Positions 37,337 through 46,599 of a stretch of 64,000 bases of DNA are shown piece by piece. The translations under genes and the position numbers were made by a program. The first letter of the stretch is position 1. Each line of letters begins with the position of its first letter. Where the stretch lies: NCBI GenBank assembly GCA_977020255.1, contig CDROCS010002991.1, forward strand, positions 248,001 through 312,000, written 5' to 3'. The notes beneath the pieces are model-generated. The model saw only the letters and a program-made list of their open reading frames with translations, had not been told where the DNA came from and did no database searches. Origin of the DNA: Obrimoposthia wandeli. Taxonomy: Eukaryota.

Positions 37337-38560
37337 ATGGCTTGTGGTAAATCTGAATTATGTATTTTTGATCGAGCTTTGCCCCAGGTAGTTGTAAGTA
37401 ATGGTAGCTTTGAAGATATATATCCAACAAACAATATTACCGGAACAAGAACATCAGAGATTCTGTTTAAAATTCAAGGTTCAGATATTGAGTACTTAGA
37501 TTTGAATGATACCTTGTTGTTTGTGAAAATTAAAGTAACGAAAACTGATGGTACAGAAATAGCTGTTGCAGATAATGTGGTCCCATCAAATTTCTTGATG
37601 CATTCCCTATTTAAAAGCATAGATATAACAATGAATAATACTGTAGTAGAAACCCATCCTCAATATGCACAAAAAGCTATGATTGAAACCATACTAAACT
37701 ATAGCACAGACACTAAAGACACTTGTTTGTCGAGTATAGGTTATGATGATGATGATGATAAGCGTAAAGGTTGGGCTGCTCGCTCAAAAGAAATTGACTT
37801 GTGTGGGACTCTTTGATCTGATATTTTTGAGCAACCAAAGTATCTCTTACCTGGTGTGTCTATCATGGTAAGACTTGTACCTAATAAATCTATGTTTAGT
37901 CTGAACTACGGAACGACTCTATCGCGAATCATATTTATTGAAGCTAAACTTAAAGTCAGAAGAGTCAGAGTTGAGAATGATGTTTTAATGGGACATAATA
38001 TTGGTCTTGAATCTAGGAATGCTGTATATCCCTATACTCGCAGAAAGCTAATGTATCATACCTTAGCCATCGGTTCTACGAGTTTTTACAAGGATCAAGT
38101 GTTTGATGATGAACAATTGCCTAAATTTGTGTTGATTACGTTGCAAGCAGGTGAAAAACTTATCGGTAATGGTGCTACAGACTCTTCAACATTCGATCAT
38201 TCTAATGTTAACACTATCAGTCTTGCTAGAAACAGTGATTTTAACGAATCTTACAGTACAAACTTTGAAACAGGTGAAACCACCTTTGCATATGTCCAAT
38301 CTATCATTAGAAATATGGGTAATTTGGATAAGAATATAAACAATGGCGTATCACTGGATGAATTCAAAACCAAATATCCATTTTTCACGTTTGTTTTAGC
38401 CCCTGACTTTGATATCACGCAAAACCAATTAGCAAAACAGGGTAATTTACGCCTTGACATCAAGTTTCACAAGTCATTAACAGTCCCAACAAACGTACTG
38501 ATTTACGGGATTTTTGATTCTGAGTTTGAAATAACTAAAGGCCGACGTGTGATTGTATGA
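37337..38560 (+). CDS. Major capsid protein (double jelly-roll) with one in-frame TGA at 37814-37816
   Basis: ORFs 37337-37816 and 37856-38560 are in the same frame. Polinton MCP motifs: KSELCIFD...Q, YLDLNDTLL, LCG.L*SDIF.QPKYLLPGV, FDH.NV, GNLRLDIKF. Confidence 0.85.
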
Positions 38561-38937
38561 AGTGAGTTTTTAATTTATGTTTTAAGATTTTATTAACCCA
38601 AAGTACTGTTCAGGTGAATGAAATAACTAGTTTGCTGCTCGGACCGCGATTTAAGGGTGTATACCCGTTGGAAAAAATCCCAACATTAACGCCTGGGGGA
38701 TATATTGTCAATACACATACCTCAAATCTTCCTGGAGAACACTGGATTGCGTTATTCGTGAGACGGAATTCTGTACATGTGTATGACCCTCTTGGAGTAT
38801 ACTATCCGGGAAAACTTATCAAGCATGTAGAGTCTCAAGGAAAACATGTATATTACAACAAAATTCGTTCTCAAAACCCACTGACTACTAATTGCGGTCC
38901 ACTATGTATCTTATGGTTGTATGATCAAACTATATAA
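38557..38937 (+). CDS. Adenain-like cysteine protease, spliced (predicted exons 38557-38561 and 38604-38937)
   Basis: Catalytic motifs GEHW, YDPLG, Q....NCG..C. ORF 38614-38937 has no in-frame ATG; a 42-nt GTGAGT...AAG intron yields MNTVQVNEI. Confidence 0.85.
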
Positions 38938-39287
38938 ATGTCAAACCTTTTTATTTGTGTTGATTGGTAATAAAATTTGTATTCAAAATCGTATTTGTTT
39001 TATAAGCTTCAACTGTCCCATCGAAATTTAAAATTTATTTTTGAGTTTTGATAAATTAAAAAATAGATTTAAAATCTACTAATTAAGAGAAAATTAATGG
39101 TGTTAATTATTTTTAAAAATTTAAAGTTTAACGGTGTGAATTTCAGTTATGAAAAAATTCATAATTGATTGACCGTAATTAACCTTTATGATCACGTGTG
39201 TAGCAACTAGGGAATAAAGAGTCTTTATTACGCATTCCTAGTTTGTAAGTACACACGTGATGTGTGACGTGTACATCTAGGGCAGCA

Positions 39288-39328
39288 ACTACACTGATTG
39301 TGAACCATATATAAACAATCAGTGTAGT
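39288..39328 (+). promoter_or_regulatory. PolB promoter: TATATAAACAA flanked by a perfect 14-bp inverted repeat
   Basis: ACTACACTGATTGT (39288-39301) / ACAATCAGTGTAGT (39315-39328). Confidence 0.7.
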
Positions 39329-39405
39329 GTCATTTATCAATTTCATTCACAATTTCGAAAAGTAAGTATTTTTATTATTTTTATTTTTATTTAATTTTTT
39401 TTTAG

Positions 39406-42400
39406 ATGTCAAAAATTATTTTCGCGTACAATGCTAAGAAAAGATGGACGATGAAGCCTGTAGTGGCTGATGATGATGATGATGATGTCGACTTGGATGC
39501 GACACCTGTGAAGAAAGGTAATTTTGATTATTATTATTATTATTTTTAATTTAATTTAGCAATGCAGAGTGTCACACCACTGCCAATATCAATCGCACCA
39601 TGGCTTTCAACGCACCATGCTCCTACTAAGAAAAGAAGCCGAAAGCAGAAAATGTCAACAACAACAACAATATATGATGATGATGATGAAAAGAAGAAAA
39701 TGTCAAAAGTTTTTTTATCTCCTGAGAAATCTTCTCACTCTCAACTTCCTTCTTCTTCTTCATTTTCTCATTCTCATTCTCATTCTCCATATGATAATCA
39801 TTTATATAAACTTTTTGGGGATATAAGGGATATAAAATCTTATTCTCCCGACTGCGATAGCTGCCCGGTAACGCGGGGCAGTCTAACTCCTGGAATGGGG
39901 TCGCAGAATAAGTTAATTAAATCAAGAGGTTACCCCTTACTTTTTAAACCAGGAACACCTGTTGGGTCACCTGTTAATTCAGTAGAAAATTTCAACGTAA
40001 ATGAGATATACTCGGGTTTTGAAAATATCCCGTTTAAAAAATATTTTAATCAATTAAAGAAAGTAAAAAATCAAAATATTGATTTAAGTAAACTTAAAAC
40101 AGAAGGTAGGAAAGGTAAAAGATTTCGTCAGAAGCTGCGTAGATTGAGAAAACTACCAGCAGATATAACAATATTTGCAAATTTATTAGGGTCTTGCAAA
40201 CCCATTAATATTAGTCCAGGTCTGAAAATTACAGATCTGGCAAATAAATTATATGAAGTCTTTGAGACTGATCAAATTTATTTTAACCGTAATGGCATGC
40301 CCTTTGAAAGGGAAGCTATTATCGGTGATGTTTTACATGAGGGGGCTATTATCCATGTATACCCTAAACTTCGTGGAGGAAGTAACTTATGTACATTGTA
40401 CAAGTATTGCACAAACGTTAATCATGGAATAGAATGTCATAGTGTAATGCTTAAATATTATAAATTTAAAAGCGGTTTTATTTGTCCACATTGTGATGTG
40501 TTATATTGTATTGACTATCAAACATTTTATAATGATCATAAGGATCATCTGACGTATTTTAAGTCTAAAAAGTCAGCATACAAACGTAAAGTAATGAGAG
40601 TACCAACAATAGACAACAATAAAATAGCAAAAACTAATAATTTTACTGAAGAGTTTGATGTGGTAGACTCGTGGGAACCGGATAGTGTTGTAGAAATTGA
40701 TACTTATCCTGAAGTTGTAGAAATTATTGAGCCTTTAAACCCTAATGAAATCTTAAATAATAATAATATTGATGAACTTATAGATCAGGACGAGTTTATA
40801 ACAGAAAATGATTTTTTCGACTCACTCCTAATTATTACGGATGATGACTTTGATAATATTGTTACAATTAATTCAGATAATACATTAACTTTTAACAATC
40901 AAATAGGAGGTGCAATTCAATCAAACCTTGTTTTTGATGTTAGTGGATTAAACATGCTTAAACTATACATTAACGATACTATGCTAACTGAACTTACTAG
41001 CAGTATAGATGTGTTTGGTCCCTGTAAAATACAGTTTGGTGTTGAAACCGAATTTGTCAATAACGAGGGTCAACATAAAACATGGCATGTAAGCTGTAAA
41101 GCAAATATTTTTGAACAAGATTTTATCACTACAAGAACAGTTGAGCTCAACAATAAAATTGAAATTTATAAGGATATGAGTTCGGGATGGTCAGTATTTA
41201 AAATTCTGTTGGTATCCTTTAAATTTACCGCACTTTCAAACGTAGCAGGATCATCATTTATAAAAACCCCGGTTGCGCTTGCTAAAACACTATCTATAGT
41301 GAACGTAAATAATACTGATGATCAGTGTTTTAAATACGCTGTTCTCAGTATCCTACACTATAAAGATTTCAATCGAAACAGACAAAGAGTTGAAAACTAT
41401 AATGATTATTTAAATGAACTTATATGTGAGCCTGGTCCTATGAGGATAGACGGTATCAAGGCGTTTGAAAAACTCAATAATATAGCGATAACAGTATTCT
41501 CCTATAAACCTACAAAGGTAGAGCCTCATAGTAGTCATCTAGTGTTTAAAAACCCAGATGTTAATGTTATTTATAGAACGAGTCTTAAACAGTGCGAAAA
41601 AGTAGTAAACTTGTTGCTGTTGGAACAGAGCGGTAATTATCACTATACAGGGATTACAAACCTGAATATACTTTTAAATACTCAAAAATATAATGTGCGT
41701 CTCTTTTGGTGTGAGAAATGTCTTTTTGGATTTCGAACCACGATTTCATATGACAAACACAGGGCACATTGTAATATTAATACAGATTTAACAACCTTGT
41801 TTACAATGCCTAAAGAGATCAAGTGTCAATTTTCCGACTGGTCTAAATCTATTGCGCCACCATTTGTTGTATATGCCGACTTTGAGTCAATACTCGAGCC
41901 ACATAATACTTTCAAACACATTCATAAACCAATATCTATAGGGATGATTTTGAAAAACAACACTAATAATTCAATACAATATTTCAGTTATTACGGTCTG
42001 CAGTGTGCTAAACACTTTGTAGATAAATTAACTGAGTTGATAAATGGTGAAGTGGCAGATTTTTGGGTAAATAGTATTAATGTTCCTATGGTTTTTACTA
42101 ATAATGACATGTTAAACTTTAGAGATTGCACTAATTGCTATCTTTGTAAAAAATTAAACGATCGTATGGTTAGAGATCATGATCATATCACGGGTAAATA
42201 CTTGGGTGCGGCATGCAACAAATGCAATTTAAGTCGCAAGTTTGCAAAGAGACCGGTTTTACCTGTGGTGTTTCATAACCTTATGGGTTATGATATACAT
42301 CATATTTTAAAATATGCCGACTTGAAAGGTAAATCCTTTTCAATTATCCCTAAATCAAGTGAAAAGTTCATGTCCCTCCGTATAGAGATGAAGAGGGGGA

Positions 42401-44193
42401 CATTGAAATTCATTGATTCATACCTTTTTACAACGTCAAGTCTTGAATCCTTAGTTTCATACTTGCCAAGTTGCCCTTATACTACACAATACCTAAACCC
42501 TAATATTGCAACAAGTAAGGCGGTATTTCCATATGAATATATTAGTGGTGTTGATAGGCTTATGGAGACGCAGTTACCCGCTAAATCTGAGTTTCCTTCT
42601 CGAGTCACTGATCAACAATATAATGAAGCCCTAATGATGTGGACCGTATTAGGGTGTAATACTATTAAAGACTACATGCTTGAGTATATGAAACTTGACG
42701 TGTATCTCTTATGTGATGTTTTTGAGGCCTTTAGACAGAAAGTAAGGGATGATGATAATCTAGAGGCGCTCAATTTCTTTAGTATCCCTGGTCTCAGTTG
42801 GGCTAGCGCATTAAAAACATTAGAGTATGATGTGGATTTATTGCATGATCCCGAAATGTATAACATCTTTGAGGCAGGGATACGGGGAGGGATGACTTTC
42901 ATCAATAAACATTACGTTAAAACAACAGATGAAACATTCCTCCTATATATTGACATAAATAACTTATATGGCTGGGCCTTGAGTCAACCGTTACCACATA
43001 CGGATTTTACATGGGTATATGACGGTTTTGAAGCGATAATTGAGCTTATAACTGAGAGGGATATTCACGGTAATATGCAGGACTTGAGTCTTAAAGAACA
43101 TGGATACTTGTTGGAAATTGATTTAGGCATACCCATCAGTATTCATGATAAACTTGATGACTTACCGATTGCGCCTAATAGAGAAATCCCTCCCGGCTCA
43201 AAAGCTTCAAAGCTGTTGATGACCCATGAGGATAAAAATAATTACATCATACACTCACAACTACTACAATTTTACTTGTTTCTGGGTGCAGAAATTAAAC
43301 AAGTGCATAGAGCAATAAAGTTTCATCAAGCTCCTATATTTAAAACATATGTTGATATCAATAGCCGGAAACGGGCAGAGGGTACTACTACATTTGATAA
43401 AGAGTTTTATAAACTCAAAAATAATTCAATATATGGTAAGACAGTGGAAAATCTTAAAAAGCGTAAAGATATCCGTCTTACCAAGAATGATCGTCAGTTT
43501 ACTAAACTTGTTTCAAGCCCCTGGTTTAAGAAGCATACCCAAATAACCGACAATCTCAATCTTTTATTTATGCAAAAGAAAGAAATTTGTCTGGATCGCC
43601 CATCATATATTGGTCAAGCTGTGTTGGACTTATCTAAACTACGTATGTACCAACTACAGTATAGTGATCTTGACCGGTATCGTAAGCAATATCATTGTGA
43701 TATCAACATAGTTGCAATGGATACAGACTCGTTTTTCTTAGAGTGTAAGCATATAGATAAAGATGTCCCCTTAAAACAAATGATTAAAGATCAGATGTTA
43801 GATACGAGTAATTACCCGATCACACATGAGTTATTTAACGATTCTCATCGAAATGTGATTGGAAAGTTTAAAGATGAAAGCAAGGGGACAGTGCTTTATG
43901 ATGAATGGGTATTTCTGAAACCTAAATGCTACTCATTGAAAACGAGTATGAGGGCTAAGGGTATCTCCCTTAAACAAACCGAAATCAGACATGAGCATTA
44001 CATAAAGTGTTATGTTGATGATGAAATTATAACTGCCGGTCAGACACGTATTTTATCTCGCAATCATCAATTATTTACAATGTATAATGATAAAATTGCG
44101 TTAAGGTGTTATGACGATAAAAGGGTTTGGCTTGAGAAAAACAAATCCGTCGCATATGGACACTATAGTCTAAAATCTGGGGTAACCTCTTGA
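39406..44193 (+). CDS. polB: Protein-primed family B DNA polymerase polyprotein (Ubl, Zn finger, vOTU, Exo with EndoVII insert, Pol)
   Basis: Extra exon 39406-39517 splices in frame to 39560. Motifs YADFES, FHNLMGYD, YMKLDV, RGG, YIDINNLY, KLKNNSIYGK, DTDS. CYLC..VRDHDH.TG..GAAC..CN insert; vOTU DQCF...HY. Confidence 0.95.
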
Positions 44194-44204
44194 AAGTATT
44201 AACT

Positions 44205-44398
44205 AATATCCTCTTATTTTTAATGTGATAGTATGTATCTTTTTAATGCAATAGTATGTATATATTTTTAATGCTATAGTATGTATATATTTTTATTGAT
44301 GTTTATTTTTAATACATTGTATGTATCATAACCATGTCTTGACTTCCTACTAGCTACTCATTGGATAATTTCATTGGATAATTTCATTGGATAATTTT
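44205..44398. repeat. Short tandem repeats after polB (3 x ~24 bp ttttaatg..atagtatgtat; 3 x cattggataattt)
   Basis: Visible directly in the sequence. Confidence 0.75.
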
Positions 44399-44455
44399 AA
44401 CAAATTCTCTATAAATATAAACACATTTCAATCAACCAATTTCTCATTATTTCAA

Positions 44456-44695
44456 ATGACTACTTCTAAAGAAAAATTGCAAGCTCTCTATGATAACCTG
44501 AGCCCTACCTTGATGGCCCAGTATACTGAAAAGTACTTTAGCTTATTTGTTGCACCAGAACTTTTTGTCTCAAGGATTGAAGAACTTTATATGTATCACC
44601 TGTTTAATGGAGACTTTAAACCTAAAGTTGCAACAATCATTAAAATAGAAGAAGAAGAAAGCATGGATTGTGACAATGAATATAATTATGTATAA
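44456..44695 (+). CDS. Hypothetical 79-aa protein at the right end of the element
   Basis: First ATG at 44456, with TATAAACAC 40 nt upstream. Acidic C-terminus. Confidence 0.55.
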   Translation: MTTSKEKLQALYDNLSPTLMAQYTEKYFSLFVAPELFVSRIEELYMYHLFNGDFKPKVATIIKIEEEESMDCDNEYNYV

Positions 44696-44717
44696 ACATA
44701 GACTTTTTTTTTACTAA

Positions 44718-45250
44718 ACTCCTACTATAAACAATAACGTTTCTTATGATAAAAACTGCGATAGCTGTCCGGTTATGCGGGGCAGTCTAACTCCTGGAAT
44801 GAGGTCGCAGTACTAAGTAAATTAAATAGTTGCAAATAAAAATTTGGGACGGTCAATTGTGTTTAATTTCAAAATTTTAATNNNNNNNNNNNNNNNNNNN
44901 NNNNNNNNNNNNNNNNNNNNNNNNNNNNNNNNNNNNNNNNNNNNNNNNNNNNNNNNNNNNNNNNNNNNNNNNNNNNNNNNNNNNNNNNNNNNNNNNNNNN
45001 NNNNNNNNNNNNGTTACAAAATATTAACCTACATAATCGTAAGTGACGCATAAGACCAAACAAATTTCGAGACGTAAAGTGTCGGTTCTAAAACAATAGC
45101 ACACAAAGCCCCCCCCCCCCGAACAAGGCACAAGGAACAAAGCACATCTGTATGACTAAACAAATTTCAGATGTGCTTTGTTCCTTGTGCCTTGTTCGGG
45201 GGGGGGGGGCTTTGTGTGCTATTGTTTTAGAACCGACACTTTACACTTCT
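44718..45250 (-). repeat. Right TIR with terminal palindrome (45074-45244)
   Basis: Reverse complement of 30206-30766, interrupted by an N gap. Confidence 0.92.
44882..45012. other. Assembly gap inside the right TIR
   Basis: A run of N. It corresponds to the AT-rich heptamer repeats of the left TIR (about 30440-30604). Confidence 0.98.
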
Positions 45251-46599
45251 CAAAGGCAGTTGAAATTATAATTCCATACATTCGAGAAACATATTTAATT
45301 TAATTAAAAAGAAAGATAAAAATACGTTGTCGAACAAGTACGTCATATTAAGAATGACGTAGATACAAATAATGAATATTCAATTCCTACGAATAAAGCA
45401 TCCATTTTAGAATCGAAGATTAACAAATTATGTAGAAACGAAGAGATCCACAGTTGCAGAAGTAAAAATGTTATTACAATAAAATGGCCATATTGCAAAG
45501 AATTACTTAAAGCTCAAAGTGAAATGAATATGGACATTTAACCAGTTTTTTGTCAATCGCAACAAAAGTCTAGATTGAATTTACAAAAAATGTATTAATT
45601 GAAAGATGACATATCAATTAATTATGATGAAGAATTTGAATTTGGCAGCGACCTTCTTCGAGAAATTGATTCTGTATCAGAAGATATTTACGCCATTAAA
45701 GCATTTCAGACGATCAAAGGCAAGAAAACAAGGAAGATTGGAAATAATAAACTATTGAAGAAACATGCATATGAAATAGAAGTATGTTTTAGGATTCAGA
45801 GGCTCAATTCTTCAAACATCAGCAAACACAAGGATTTTTGAATCAAACTCTGAATCAGCAGCGAACAGCTGATATTCAAAGAATCACTAGGAAACAATAA
45901 TGAAAGGTTATCCATTGATTCGGTTGCAGAATCCCGAATCATCGACTGCAAACTCTTTCTGCAAATCAAGGACTCAAGAAATTTAAAATTGTACCGATAA
46001 AGAAGTGACTCAGTTGTGCCAATGGAATTGGATATTCCTTAATCAATGTAAAAATCAACGAATCATTACAAAACGTAAATTTTATTGTAGTTAAGAAATT
46101 AGTGTCGAGAGTAATAATCAATATTAGAGATATGAAACATCTAAATATAAGTTTCATCTCAAAAATACAGTTGTGCTAAAGCAAAAAAGAGTAAAAATCG
46201 ATAGTGATATTTTTTCTAATAAAGATAAATTGGTATATTTATGCTTTTTAGCAGTAAATAGTATATTATATGTCTCAGCCGACGGGAGTTATGAATATTC
46301 TCGAAAATGATTCTATTTTGTATAATATACTAAATTAGGAAAGGTCGAGATTATCTTTGAGTGTGAAAAGAAAAATAATTTCAATAGTACGATAGAAAGT
46401 GAAGATAATAACGGTTTCATAAAGATTAATTTTTATTCAATTTATCAAGAGAAATCAAAATTTGCAAATATTACAAAAAAGGAAAAAGTTTAGAATATTA
46501 TAAAAATGTACTAAGATGTCTTTAGCAAATTCAAAAATAATATTAGGTATTGTTCGGTTTTTAATTTCGCCTAAATCAATTTATCCAAGGAACATTTTT

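Larger units (their letters stand above)
32088..39318 (+). promoter_or_regulatory. Recurrent TATAAACAA motif upstream of element genes
   Basis: Exact copies at 32088, 33021, 33314, 33964, 34306, 36886, 37295 and 39310; variants at 34667 and 44416. Most lie 31-46 nt before the next ATG. Confidence 0.75.
30206..45250. mobile_element. Full-length Polinton/Maverick (adintovirus-like), about 15.0 kb
   Basis: Begins AGAAGTG and ends CACTTCT, with 6-bp TSD CAAAGG at 30200-30205 and 45251-45256. Long TIRs and a complete PolB/INT/ATPase/protease/MCP/mCP gene set. Confidence 0.95.
29900..46100 (+). pseudogene. Decayed gag-protease-like frame interrupted by the Polinton (pieces 29900-30205 and 45251-46100)
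   Basis: Removing the element and one TSD rejoins a frame ...IINRKEAK|AVEIIIPYIRE. Downstream, SIDSVAESRIIDC resembles a retropepsin DSG motif. Several stops. Confidence 0.4.

Noticed and set aside
35823-37816. Alternative genetic code or selenocysteine for the in-frame TGAs
   Set aside because: TGA is the real stop of IAP, integrase, MCP and PolB, Trp is encoded by TGG, the aligned residues are not Cys/Trp sites, and no SECIS was recognised.
44882-45012. Asymmetry between the left and right TIR lengths
   Set aside because: The difference falls inside the N gap, whose size is only an estimate.
30212-45244. Endogenous parvovirus/bidnavirus suggested by the hairpin ends
   Set aside because: No HUH Rep/SF3 helicase. 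Integrase, 6-bp TSD, AG...CT ends and DJR capsid genes indicate a Polinton. The two loops are simple TIR mirror images, with no flip/flop evidence.
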